A DNA stretch of 64,000 nucleotides from the human T2T-CHM13v2.0 reference genome, Homo sapiens, in the NCBI RefSeq assembly GCF_009914755.1, contig NC_060941.1, one strand, 5' to 3'. Under the pieces are notes generated by a model. The model did no database searches, was not told the origin of the DNA, and saw only the letters and a list, made by a program, of their open reading frames with translations. Of this stretch, positions 1 to 16,089 are shown piece by piece (position 1 is the stretch's first letter; each line of letters opens with the position of its first letter). The translations under genes and the position numbers were made by a program.

Positions 1-169
1 TATTGGTTTTGTCACAGCTCTTCTTTGCTCCTCGTTTTTCCTTCCCTGCCTTATTTTATGTTCACTGAATATTTTATAGTATTCCATTTTAATCCTTCTA
101 GTTACACATCCTTCTAGCTATACCTAGCTATATGTCTTTTCATTATATGCTTAGTATTTGTTCTAAGTA

Positions 170-850
170 TGTGCTAGGCAACATCTAAGATGGCTCCCAA
201 TTTTCCCCAACTCCTGGTATGCATGCCCATGTGGTATGTCCTTTCCCTTGAGTATAGTCTGGACCTAGAAACTTGCTTTTAATAAACAGAATCCGACAAA
301 AGTGATAAGCTATAATTTCCAAGATTAGCTTACAAAAAGATTCTAGCTTCCATCATGCTTACCTCTCTCTTGCTCTCTTACTTGTCCACTTTGATGGAAG
401 CCAGCTGCCATGCTGTAGGCTATCCTATAGAGAGGCCCAAATAGGAAAAAACTGAGAGAAACTTTTGGATGACAGCCAGCAAAGACTGACGCCCTCAGAG
501 CAATACCCCAGCAAGGACCTGAATCCTATTAACCATATGAGTGAGAATAGAAGTGGATTCTCCCCCAATCTAGACTTCAGCTGGGACCACAACCCCAGTC
601 AATACTTTGTTTGCAACCTTATAGGAGAACCTAAGCCAGAAAACCCAGCTAAGCCATGTCCATGAGAAAAAAATTAAAAAATTTTAAAAAAATTAAAAAA
701 TAAATGTTGCTTTAAGCTGCTAAGATTTAGAGTAATTTGTAATGGAATTTCTCTTAGATGTTGCCTAGCACATACTTAGAACAAATACTAAGCATATAAT
801 GAAAACACGTATAGCTAGGTATAGCTAGAAAGACATGCAATAGATAACTG
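170..850 (+). mobile_element. MLT1-family MaLR LTR (interrupted near its 3' end)
   Basis: Typical MLT1 start (ctaagatggctccc...cccttgagt) and end (aataaatgttgctttaagc...gtaatttgt...gcaatagataac). Confidence 0.7.
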
Positions 851-869
851 CAGATATCTGTATTATAGA

Positions 870-1645
870 TAATACAGATTTTGGTATCTGAAAGTAAAGT
901 ACAGCCTAAGAATATGGAAACATCTTTGTGTGTAGTGTGCTAAAGACAAAGTTGATTTGAAGAGGTCATTAGTAGGAATCTGGAATTTGAGGATATTGCC
1001 AGTGGGGCTCAAGAGGAAGTAAGAAATCTGTTATCGGAAATGAGAAGAAGGGGGATCCTTTTTACATAGAGATAGAAAGCTATACCATCATCTTCAGTAA
1101 CACAAAAATTAGAAAATATGCTTGAGGAACTAAGTGAGTAATATAGCTAAGAAGATTTACAAAGTATTTGCTATTGCTTTAAGTGCTGTCGCTCTTAGGT
1201 GCAAGAGTAGAGTAAAATTGAGTCAAGGAAAGTTAAAGAAAATGGAACTAAGACTTCATGGTTTTAAAAATTCTCAGCCTCTCTAGATGGCAAAATATCC
1301 TAAATTAAGAAAGTCCAAGCAAACTTTGGACACTGCATAGACATAAAGCCAAGGGTATAAATGTAAAATATTTTGTGAAGATCGAAAAGATAAAAGATGG
1401 TATATCTCAGAGTACTATGCATTCATCCACAGATCCCCTTAAAAAGATTAAGAGTATGCCTGACAGATCCTCTCAATCAAACAAGAGGGCCTCTACAAAA
1501 CTTAAGAATGACTTAACTAAGAAAATTCCACTACTTGCCTATCTGGATTTCAGAATTGTTATGAACTAGTGACTTTTTAGAAATGTCTGTGGAGGTTATC
1601 CTCTGCTTGGCCCATTGTATGTTGGGTGTGTTAGGAGCAGATAAC
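870..1645 (+). mobile_element. MLT1 internal (MaLR-int) relic
   Basis: Starts aatacagattttggta directly after the LTR; degenerate. Confidence 0.45.
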
Positions 1646-2638
1646 TATTAGAACAGACATTTCTTCAAAGAAGATATACAAATGGCTAATAAGCACATGA
1701 CAAGATGCTCAGTGTCATTAGTCACTGGGGGAATGCAAATTAAAACCACAATGAGATACCACTGCATACCAACTAAAATGCACAAAATCAAAGCCACTGA
1801 CAATACCAAGAGTTGATGAGGACGTGAAGAGACGAGAATACTCATGTGAAGAGACTGGAATATTGGTAATGGGGATACAAAATGGAACAGCCAGTTTGGA
1901 AAAGAGTTTGATGATTTTTTAAGTTAAAAATAAATTTACCACACAACCCACTCTTAGATATCCATCCAAAAGAAATGAAAAACATATGTCCGAATAAAAA
2001 TTTGCAATGAACTTCCAAAACAGCAACATTCATAATAGCCAAATACTGAAAACAATCCAAATATCCATTAACTGGTGAATGGATAAACAAAATGTGGTAT
2101 ACTCATCAATGAAATACCACTCAGGAACACGAAGGAATGAACTACTGATACAAGAAACAATATGAACTTCAAAAACAATATTGTAAGTGGAAGAACTAGA
2201 TACATAGGACTACGTATTACCCATGAAATTTCTAGAAAAGGCCAAAAAAAAAAAAAAAAAGATAATTGCTTGCCTGGGGCTCTGGGTATAAGTCCATATT
2301 ATAAAGATATCAATTCTTCTTAATTTATCTATAGATTCAATGCATTCATAATAAAATATCTCAACATGCACGTACACATGCACACATCACATTTATATGC
2401 AAGTAAAAACTGGTGAGCTAATCCTGAAATGTATATGGAAATGCAAAGAACCAAGAATAGCCAAGGCAATCTTGAGGAAGAAAAAGAAAGCTGGAGGGCC
2501 TACACTACACTATAAAGTATCAAGATTTATTTTAAAGCTACAGTATTAAGGCAGTGTAGTATTAGCACATAGATAAACAGGCCAATGAAAGAAACTAGAG
2601 ACCAGAAAAAACCCACACAAACAAGATCTCCTGGTTTA

Positions 2639-3319
<681 letters not shown>

Positions 3320-3586
3320 CTAGATCAAACACATATCCATTGTGATAGACAGAGGGAATTAGCCATGACCCCTACCTCACTTCATACATAAAAATCAATT
3401 CCAGATGTACCACATACCTAAATGAGAAAGGTAAAATAAGAAGCTTCTAGAAAATAACATAGATGAGTACTCTCTGATCTTGTAACAGGCGAGGTAAGAA
3501 ATCTCAAACAGGAAACAAAAAAAAAACAACAGAGTCAACTGACAAAACTATATTAAAATTAATAACATTCAACAGAAGATACCAGT

Positions 3587-3877
3587 TGCTATGGTTTCTC
3601 TGCTCCAAAACTCATATTTAAATTTAATTGCCATTATAACAATATTAAGAGGTGTGACCTTTAAGAGGTAGTTAGGCCATGAAGGCTTTGCCCTCATAAA
3701 CAATTATTGCCAAAGTGGATTAGTTATAGAAGGGCTAGTTAGGCCCACTTCTCTTTCTCCCTCCCTCCCTCTCTCTCTCTCTTCTCACTTTCTGCCATAG
3801 GATGATACAACAAGAAGGTCCTCATCAGATGCCAGCACCTTGATTCTGGATTTCTCAGCCTCCAGAACTGTGAGTCA
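3587..3877 (+). mobile_element. MST (MaLR) LTR, 5' part; continues at 10716-10800
   Basis: tgctatggttt start and cagcctccagaactgtgag motif; 5-bp TSD ccagt/caagt around the reconstituted LTR. Confidence 0.8.
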
Positions 3878-4282
3878 GGGCCAAATAGAAACAGCTCCAG
3901 TCAGGAGCTCCCAGTGAAATCAATGCAGAAGGCAGGTGATTTCTGCATTTCCAACTGAGGTACCCGGCTAATCTCACCGGGACTGGTTAGACAGTGGGTG
4001 CAGCCCACAGAGGGCGAGCCGAAGCAGGGTGGGGTGATGCCTCACACAGGAAGTACAAGGGGTCAGGGAACTCCCTCCCCTAGCCAACAGAAGCCATGAG
4101 GGACTGTGCCGTGAGGGACAGTGCATTCTGACCCAGTTACTAGACTTTTCCCATGGTCTTCACAACCCACAGACCAGGAGATTCCCTTAGGTGCCTACAC
4201 CACCAGGGCCCTGGGTTTCAAGCACAAAACTGGGTGGCTGTTTGGGCAGACATCGAGATAGCTGTAGGAGGTTTTTTTTTTT

Positions 4283-4501
4283 TCATACCCCAGTGGCACC
4301 TGGAATGCCAGCGAGACAGAACCGTTCACTCCCCTGGAAAGGGGGCTGAAGCCAGGGAGCCAAGTGGTCTAGTTCACTGGATCCCACCCCCACAGAGCCC
4401 AACAAGCTAAGATCCACCGGCTTGAAATTCTCACTGCCAGCACAGCAGTCTGAAGTCGACCTGGGATGCTCGAGCTTGGTTGGGGGAGAGGCATCCGCCA
4501 T
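4283..4501 (-). CDS. L1 antisense ORF0-like reading frame (72 aa)
   Basis: MADASPPTKL...SDCCAGS...SVGVGSSE resembles L1 ORF0 (MAGAPPPASL...SDCCASN...SVGVGPSE); strong Kozak GTAATGG. Translation not shown. Confidence 0.5.
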   Translation of the reverse strand: MADASPPTKLEHPRSTSDCCAGSENFKPVDLSLLGSVGVGSSELDHLAPWLQPPFQGSERFCLAGIPGATGV

Positions 4502-7105
4502 TACTGAGGCTTGAGTAGCCGGGTTTCCCCTCACAATGGGCAAGTTCGAACTGGGCAAAGCCCACTGCAGCTCAGCAAAGTCAATGTAACCAGACTGCCT
4601 CTCTAGATTCCTCCTCTCTGGGCAGGGCATCTCTGAAAGAAAGGCAGCAGCCCCAGTCAGGGGCTTATAGATAAAACTCCCATCTCCCTGGGACAGAGCA
4701 CCTGGGGGAAGGGGCGGCTGTGGGCGCAGCTCCAGAAGACTTAAACCTTCCTTCCTGTTGGCTCTGAAGAGAGCAGTGGATCTCCCAGCACAGTGTTTGA
4801 GCTCTGCTAAGGGACAGGCTGCCTCCTCAAGTGGGTCCCTGACTCCCATGCCTCCTGACTGGGAGATAACTCCCAGCAGGGGTCGACAGAAACCTCATAC
4901 AGGAGAGCTCCGGCTGGCATCTGGCGGATGCCCCTCTGGGACAAAGCTTCCAGAGGAAGGAACAGACAGCAATCTTTGCTGTTCTGCAGCCTCCACTGGC
5001 GATACCCAGGCAAACAGGGTCTGAAGTGGACCTCCAGAAAACTCCAGCAGACCTGCAGCAGAGGGGCCTATTAGAAGGAAAACTAACAAATAGAAAGGAA
5101 TAGCATCAACATCAACAAAAAGGGTGTCCACACAGAAACCCCATCTGAAGGTCACCAACATCAAAGACCAAAGGTAGATAAAGCCATGAAGATGAGGAAA
5201 AACCAGCACAAAAAGGCTGAAAATTCCAAAAACCAGAATGCCTCTTCTCCTCCAAAGGATCACAACTCCTTGCCAGCAAGGGAACAAAGCTGGACAGAGA
5301 ATGAGTTTGACGAATTTACAGAAGTAGGCTTCAGAAGGTGGGTAATAACAAACTCCTCTGAGCTAAAGGAGCATGTTCTAACCCAATGCAAGGAAGCTAA
5401 GAATCTTGAAAAAGGTTAGAGGAATTGCTGACTAGAATAACCAGTTTAGAGAAGAACATAAATGACCTGATGGAGCTGAAAAACGCAGCACGAGAACTTC
5501 GTGAAGCATACGCAAGTATCAATAGCCAAATTGATCAAGCGGAAGAAAGGATATCAGAGATTAAAGATCAACTTAATGAAATTAAGTGTGAAGACAAGAT
5601 TAGAGAAAAAGAATGAAAAGGAACAAAGTCTCCAAGAAATATGGGACTATGTGAAAAGACCAAATTTACGTCTGATTGGTGTACCTGAAAGTGACGGGGA
5701 GAATGGAACCAAGTTGGAAAACACTCTTCAGGATATTATCCAGGCAAACTTCCCCAACCTGGCAAGACAAACCAATATTCAAATTCAGGAAATACAGAGA
5801 GCACTACAAAGACACTCCTCAAGAAGAGCAACCCCAAGACACATAATTGTCAGATTCACCAAGGTTGCAATGAAGGAAAAAATGTTAAGGGCAGCCAGAG
5901 AGAAAGGTCACGTTACCCACAAAGGGAAGCCCATCAGACTAACATCGGATCTCTTGGCAGAAACCCTACAAGCCAGAAGAGAGTGGGGGCCAATATTCAA
6001 CATTCTTAAAGAAAAGAATTTTCAATCCAGAATTTCATATCCAGCCAAACTAAGCTTCATAAGTGAAGGAGAAATAAAATCCTTTACAGACGAGCAAATG
6101 TTGAGAGATTTTGTCACCACCAGGCCTGCCTTACAAGAGCTCCTGAAGGAAACACTAAATATGGAAACGAAAAACCAGTACCAGCCACTGCAAAAACATA
6201 CCAAATTATAAAAACCATCGACACTATGAAGAAACTGCATCAACTAACAGGCAAAATAACCAGCTAGCATCATAATGACAGGATCAAATTCACACATAAC
6301 AATATTAACCTTAAATGTAAATGGACTAAATGCCCCAGTTAAAAGACACGGACTGGGAAATTGGATAAAGAGTCAAGACCCATCAGTGTGCTGTATTCAG
6401 GAGACCCATCTCACATGCAAAGACACAAATAGGCTCAAAATAAAGAGATGGAGGAATATTTACCAAGCAAATGGAAAGCAAAAAAAAAAAAAAAAAAGCA
6501 GGGGTTGCAATCCTAGTCTCTGATAAAACAGACTTTAAAGCAACAAAAATCAAAAAAGACAAAGAAGGGCATTACATAATAGTAAAGGGATCAATGCAAT
6601 AAGAAGAGCTAAGTATCCTAAGTATATATGCACCCAATACAGGAGCATCCAGGTTCATAAAGCAAGTTTTTAGAGACCTACAAAGAGACTTAGACTCCCA
6701 CACAAGAATAGTGGGAGACTTTAACAGCCCACTGTCAATATCAGCCAGATCAACAAGACAGAAAATTAACAAGGAGATTCAGGACTTGAACTCAGCTCTG
6801 GACCAAATGGACCTAACAGACATCTACAGAACTCTCCACCCCAAATCAACAGAATATACATTCTTCTTAGCACCATATCACACTTATTCTAAAATCGTCC
6901 ACATAATTGGAAGTAAAACACTCCTCAGCAAATGCAAAAGAACAGAAATCATAATAAACAGTCTCTCAGACCACAGTGTAATCAAATTAGAACTCAGGAT
7001 TAAGAAACTCACTCAAAACCGCACAACTACATGCAAACTGAACAACCTGCTCCTGAATGACTACTGGGTAAATAACAAAATTAAGGCAGAAATAAAGATA
7101 TTCTT

Positions 7106-7664
<559 letters not shown>

Positions 7665-10600
7665 TCAAAAAATCAATGAATCCAGGAGCTGGTTTTTTGA
7701 AAAGATTAACAAAATAGATAGATCACTAGCCAGACTAATAAAGAAGAAAAGAGAAGAATCAAATAGACACAATAAAAAATGATAAAGGGGATATCACCAC
7801 TGATCACACAGAAATACAAACTATCATCAGAGAATACTATAAACACCTCTATGCAAATAAACTAGAAGATCTAGAAGAAATGGATAAATTCCTGGACACA
7901 TACACCCTCCCAAGACTAAACCAGGAAGAAGTCAAAACCCTGAATAGACCAATAACAAGTTCTGAAATTGAGGCAGTAATTAATAGCCTACCAACCAAAA
8001 AAAGCCCAGGTCCAGATGGATTCACAGCCGAATTCTACCATAGGTGCAAAGAGGAGCTGTTACCATTCCTTCTGAAACTATTCCAAACAATAGAAAAAGA
8101 GGGACTCCTCCCTAACTCATTTTACGAGGCCAGAGTTATCCTGATACCAAAACCTGGCAGAGACACAACCAAAAAAGAAAATTTCAGACCAATATCCCTG
8201 ATGAACATCGATGCAAAAATCGTCAATAAAATACTGGCAAACCGAATCCAACAGCACATCAAAAAGTTTATCCACCACAATCAAGTTGGCTTCATCACTG
8301 GGATGCAAGGCTGGTTCAACATATGCAAATCAATAAATGTAATCCATCACATAAATAGAACCAATGACAAAAACCACATGATTATCTCAATAGATGCAGA
8401 AAAGGCCTTCAATAAAAATTCAACACCCCTTCATGCTAAAAACTCTCAATAAACTAGGTATTGATGGAATGTACCTCAAAATAGTAAGAGCTATTTATGA
8501 TAAATACATAGCTAATATCATACTGAAAGGGCAAAAGCTGCAAGTATTCCCTTTGAAAACCGGCATAAGACAAGATGACCTCTCTCACCACTCCTATTCA
8601 ACATAGTATTGTAAGTTCTGGCCAGGGCAATCAGGCAAGAGAAAGAAATAAAGGGTATTCAAATAGGAAGAGAGGAAGTCAAATTGTCTCTGACATGACT
8701 GTATATTTAGAAAACCCCATTGTCTCGGCGCAAAAACTACTTAAGGTGATAAGCAACTTCAGCAAAGTCTCAGGATACAAAAATCAGTGTGCAAAAATCA
8801 CAAGCATTCCTATACACCAATAACAGACAAACAGAGAGCCAAATCATGAGTGAATTCCCATTCACAATTGCTACAAAGAGAATAAAATATCTAGGAATGC
8901 AACTTATAAGGAATCTGAGGGACCTCTTCAAGGAGAACTACAAACCACTGCCCAAGGAAATCAGAGAGGACACAAACAAATGGAAAAACAGTCCATGCTC
9001 ATGGATAGGAGGAATCAATACAGTGAAAATGGCCATACTATCCAAAGTAATTTATGGATTCAATGCTATCCCCATCAAGCCACCACTGACTTTCTTCACA
9101 GAATTAGAAAAAACTACTTTAAATTTCATATGGAACCAAAAAAGAGCCCACATAGCCAAGACAATCCTAAGCAAAAAGAACAAAGCTGGAGGCATCATGC
9201 TACCTGACTTCAGACTATACTACAAGGCTACAATAACCAAAACAGCATGGTACTGGTACCAAAACAGATATATAAACCAATGGAACAGAACAGAGGCCTC
9301 AGAAATAACAGCACACATCTACAACCATCTGATCTTTGACAAACCTGACAAAAACAAGCAATGGGGAAAGGATTTCCTATTAAATGGTGTTGGGAAAACT
9401 GGCTAGCCATATGCAGAAAACTGAAACTTGACCCCTTCCTTACATCTTATACAAAAATTAACTCAAGAAGGATTAAAGATTTAAACATAAGACCTAAAAC
9501 CATAAAAACCCTAGAAGAAAACCTAGGCAATATCATTCAGGACATAGGTATGGGCAAAGGCTTCATGATTAAAACACCAAAAGCAATGGAAACAAAAGCC
9601 AAAATTGACAAATGGAATCTAATTAAACTAAAGAGCTTCTGCCTAGCAAAAGAAGCTATCATAAGAGTGAACAGACAACCTACAGAATGGGAGAAAATGT
9701 TTGCAATCTATCCATCTGACACAAGACTAATATCCAGAATCCACAAGGAACTTAAAGAAATTTACAAGAAAAAAAAAACATCAAAAAGTGGGCAAAGGAT
9801 ATGAATAGACACTTCTCAAAAGAAGGTATTTATGCCACCAACAAACATACGAAAAAAAGCTCATCATCACTGGTTATTAGAGAAATGCAAATCAAAACCA
9901 CAATGAGATACCATCTCACACCAGTTAGAATGGCAATCACTAAAAAGTCAAGAAACAACAGATGCTGGAGAGGATGTGAAGAAATAGGAATGCTTTTACA
10001 CTGTTGGTGGGAGTGTAAATTAGTTCAACCATTGCAGAAGACAGTGTGGAAATTCCTCAAGGATCTAGAACCAGAAATACCATTTGACCTAGTAATCTCA
10101 TTACTGGGTATATACCCAAAGGATATAAATCATTCTACTATAAAGATACATGCACACGTATGTTTATTTCTGCACTGTTCACAATAGCAAAGAATTGGAA
10201 CCAACCCAAATGCCCATCAATAATAGACCGGATAAAGAAAATGTGGCACATATACACCATGGAATACTATGCAGCCATAAAAAAAAGGATGAGTTCATGT
10301 CCTTTGCAGGGACACGGATGAAGCTGGAAACCATCATTCTTAGCAAACTAACACAAGAACAGAAAACCAAACACCGCATGTTCTCACTCATAAGTGGGAG
10401 TTGAACATGAGAACACATGGACACAGGGAGGGGAACATCACACACCGGGTCTGTCAGGGGATTGGGGGCTAGGGGAGGGATAGCACTAGGAGAAATACAT
10501 AATGTAGATTATGGGTTGATGGGTGCAGCAAACCACCGTGGCATGTGTATACCTATGTAACAAACCTGCACATTCTACACATGTATCCCAGAACTTAAAG

Positions 10601-10715
10601 TATATTAAAAAAAAGAATAAAAAAACTCTGCACGAATTTAAAAATAAGTAAATACATATCACATTACACTGTAAAAAAAAAAACTTAAAGTATAATTTTC
10701 TTAAAAATCAGATGC

Positions 10716-10800
10716 AGAACTGTGAGTCAATAAATTCTGTTCATTATAAATTACCCAATCTCAGGTATTCTCTTACGGCAGCACGAAATGGACCAAGACA
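10716..10800 (+). mobile_element. MST LTR 3' part
   Basis: aataaattctgttcattataaattaccc...aaatggaccaagaca end motif. Confidence 0.8.
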
Positions 10801-12060
10801 CAAGTGAAAGTGAAAATGCAAGCCACAGAGTGAAAAAAGATATTTGCAATACATATATTCAACACAGAATTAGTATCCAGAATATACAAAGACAAATCGA
10901 CAGTGAAAAGACAGACAAACCATTTTTTCCATACTTAAAAAAGATCAAAGACTCAACCAGAAACTTCACATAAGAGGATATCCAAATCATCGATAAACAT
11001 TAAAAAAGATCTTGATATCATTAGTCATGAAGGAAAATGCAAATTCAAACTATACATCTGCCATACCAGAATTGCTAAAATTATTAAAAACTTACAAACC
11101 GAGTTTCAGCAAGGATGGAGAGCCACGGGAACTTTCAATCTTGCTAGTGGAAATGTAAACTGGTACAGCCACTTTGAGAAATTTTATCAGCAGTGCCTAC
11201 TATGATTACACTTCTAAGTCAACACTCAAAAAAATGTGTATACTTGTGTACTAAGAGACATGTAAAAGAGTATTCACAGTAGAATCACTTGTAATGTCAA
11301 AAACCAAAAGTCCAACCATGGTACAATGGATATATAAATTGTGATATATTCATACAATAATTTTAAAAATCCATTGCTAAATGCAACAACATGGATCAAT
11401 CTCACAACATAATGTTGAGCAAAAGAAGACAGAAACAAAAGGGAACACGCTTTATGAATCAAAAACAATGAAAACGAATCTATGGTAACATAATACAGAA
11501 TAGTGGTTCCTTCTTCAAGAGGTGATAAATGACTGGGAGAGAGCAAGAAAGAGTTTCTGGGGAGGTAGCTATATTCTCTATCTTGACCTGGAAAGAGATT
11601 TCACAGATATATACATTTTGTAAAACTTCATCAAGCTTTACACTTTGATGTGTCTTGTTGTATGTGTGTTGTATTTTGATTTTAACATTTTACCAAAAGA
11701 CAAAGAATGAACTATAGCTATATTTATTAACATGGATAAATCTGAAAAATATGATGAGTTAAAGGAGCAAGTCTCAAAATAATATATACAGTATGATTCC
11801 ACTTACATGAAATTCAAAATAGAGAGGTAAATAACTGATTAACACAAAATACAGGACAGTAATTTCCTCTCAAGCAAAGGGAAGAGGCAATCGGAGAAGG
11901 GTACCCAGCGGTCTTCTGGAGAACTGTAATATACTATTTATTGGCTAGGTTGAAAGTATAGAAATGCTTATCTTCTAGTGGCTCTTTAAAGTGTACCTAT
12001 GCACTGTACATGTTTTTTGCATGCATGCTATGTTTCACAGCTGTAAAATATTTTAAGAGT
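10801..12060 (+). mobile_element. Old L1M 3' region (continuation of 3.3-3.58 kb)
   Basis: aagccacagag...gatatttgcaa, gtaaactggtacagccactttg, acatggatcaatctcac motifs. Confidence 0.65.
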
Positions 12061-12888
12061 AATACAACTACTGAATTACAAATTATCAGAAAACCAAAAT
12101 GAGAACTTCTGATTTTCTGTCTTTTCATTTATCTGAGCAGCAGGTAATATTGTTATATACCATCTGCAGAACAGTCTTCTTTGGGTATATTACTAAATAT
12201 ACTTATGAAACATAAAAATAAATAACAATTAATAATCCAGTAAAGTATCAAATAATGCTGAAAATTAAAAAATGAAAATAACTTCCAAAAATCCACAACA
12301 TACTTATTTTAATTTTTCAAAAAGAACTTTATTAGAAAGAAAAAGAAAACTAAATGAAAAAAAATGAGATGCTTAACAAAACTAGAAAAAGGTGAGCACA
12401 GATCCATAAACACTTTAAGACTTCGTATTTCCAACTACTTACTTTAAAATGGCACACTTGATTTTAAAACTTAAAAATAAAAACAAATTTAAAAATCGTA
12501 CATTTAAATCATTGTTTATTAATATATCTCTGACTTAGAACACTCAATATTTAAATTTCATTAAAATTAAATGTTAAAATATAAGCTGTTATCCATTTTT
12601 GTTTATTAAAAAGGACAACCCAAACTGTTCAATATTACCTGACAAACAGAAACTTGTGAAATTAAAAGATGTCATTACAAAGCCTCACTCATTAAAAGAA
12701 AGAAAAAGAGAAATGTGACTAAATTGTCAGAAAGCTGACTTACTGGGGGAGAAAAAAGCCTAAATGGCCTAAGGACCATTATTTTCAAAGCTGCTCCATC
12801 CCAGTTACAAATAGTTGCCACTTGGCCTCATCTTAGTAAATACCTAAGAGTGACATTTAATTAGCACATTAATGTTGAAAATTAATGA

Positions 12889-13639
<751 letters not shown>

Positions 13640-13640
<1 letters not shown>

Positions 13641-13656
13641 ATATATATATACACAC

Positions 13657-13697
<41 letters not shown>
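13640..13697. repeat. (TA)n/(TG)n microsatellite
   Basis: Direct reading. Confidence 0.95.
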
Positions 13698-13698
<1 letters not shown>

Positions 13699-13996
13699 TT
13701 ATTTATAAACAGTTTCTTTTTTGTTAGTAGGAGCTCCTCTGACAGCAGAAATTGACCAAGAGCAACTAGATGTTGATCATGGGTGATCATCACCAAAAAA
13801 GGGAGCTGCCCGTGAAATGCAAGTAAGCACAGAAGAAAGGTCTCCCATGTGGCAGAGCCAGTTTCTATGCACCAGCACCCAAGCCCTAGTCCCCATTCCT
13901 ACCCCACATCCCCACCGAGACAGAGAACAGGCCACCAGCTCTCCATCTGGTCAGTCAGGTTTTGCAATGGCCAAGCAGAAGATTCGGATCTGGTAC

Positions 13997-14185
13997 TGTT
14001 CTGCCCAACACAGTAGCCCTAATCACATGTGGCTATTTAAGTTAATTAAAATTAGAAATTCAGTTTTTCAATCACACCAGCCACATTTCAAGTGTTCAAT
14101 AGTCACGTTTACTGGTGGCGACTGTATTGGACAGTGCCGCCTATAGAACATTACCATCAGAAAGTTCTATTGAACAGTACTGCTG
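13997..14185. mobile_element. MER3-like hAT-Charlie MITE
   Basis: cacatgtggctattt...cagccacatttcaagtg...tagaaca...aaagttctattg motifs. Confidence 0.7.
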
Positions 14186-15387
14186 TAGAACACATATCTG
14201 CCCAAACATCAGGGTTATTCACAAATAAAATGAATGTACTTTTGGCAGGTAATATTTAAGAAGGTTTTACTAAGAAGGAAAGGTATTGATTGGCTCCTTG
14301 CTAAATTATCCAACAATTTCAGGAGGAGCAATTTATAATGTTATATAGTATCATTTACATATAAAAGTGGAGTTTAACAAAGTAAAAAGATTCTTTTGCA
14401 TGCCCAGACTAAAAAATTAAATCAATATTTTTAAAGTGAAAAATGTTTGCTCACATAGATTAACTTCTTCAACCACAAGTGGGTTTTCATTATACTTGAT
14501 CACCATCTGCTGGCCATGTTATTAAACTGCACACACAAATGAAATGCTAGCTATATTGGGGTAAGACATACAGAATCCCAGCTTTTTGCCACAATGCATT
14601 CCTGGAAAACCATATCATAAAGAGGATCATTATAAAGCAAGTCACATTTTCCATAAGGGCAGGACCATAATTAGAATCTTCATTCCAAACTAAAATCTAG
14701 CATCAAATAACCCATGGCAAAATCTCATTAAAGCAAAGATGTAAAAACTATAGTCCTCTATAATTATTTAAAATAGGATAATTATTCTCCAAGTTCTTTC
14801 TTACAGGTATGAACACATGTATTATTTAGATGACCCAACATGAGTTAAAAGATAAATATAATTTATATAAAATTAGCCTAAATCTGATATGGTAAAAATA
14901 GTAGGTAGTTAATAATAATTATTTGCACTCTCCTAGAAATCCTAAGCAATCTGGTGTAGGCTCCTAATAAAATGGCACCTAATTAAATGCCTTCTTTTTC
15001 ATCAATAAATTCCTCTCAAATAAGCAGAAGCAACGTGTTTCTTCCATTGTAAAGCAGTGTTTAAAGGTCAGGGTTTATTTAACATTACTCCTCTTCACCC
15101 TACCCTAACTTTTAATCAAAGTTTTCAGTAAAAATAATAAGTGCTATTAAATCATTTTTTTACATCTTTCCCTATCCCAGAACCTCACTGCACTTTGGTG
15201 ATAAGCTACCAGACCACGTATACTTCACTGAAAAGACATAAAATTACTACAAGCCATTAACAAGAAGCTTCAAAACATTTTTCACAGAATTGTAAAGCAA
15301 GAATACAACCTATTACTTTTGTGTTCTTTGAGATAAAGCATGAAGAATATATAGATGATGTGAACTAAAATCAAAATATTAGTTACC

Positions 15388-15714
<327 letters not shown>

Positions 15715-16089
15715 TCAAATATATGGCGTGAAAAAATGTAAACAATGAGGCCAGCCACTGTGTGTTCCTTCTATCCTTGAAAAAGAGGCCTATTACATTG
15801 TTTAAAGATTCCTATAAAGCCTCTTTTAAAATACAATTACCATTCTTTATTTTGATATTGTGCAGGATTCATACTTACAATCATAACCTTTCTGCAGAGT
15901 CATAATTTATTTTTCTCAGGGAATACAAAATGACTTTTAGTAACTGAAAATAATTAATGACCAACAGACTTTAAGATAATACCCTTTGGGAGGATTAGTA
16001 ATTAGGGAAGCAAAAGCATGGTCAAACAATCTAACAAGCAAGGCCCTGATGAACTATTACAATAATGATCACCATACCAGTGATGATGG

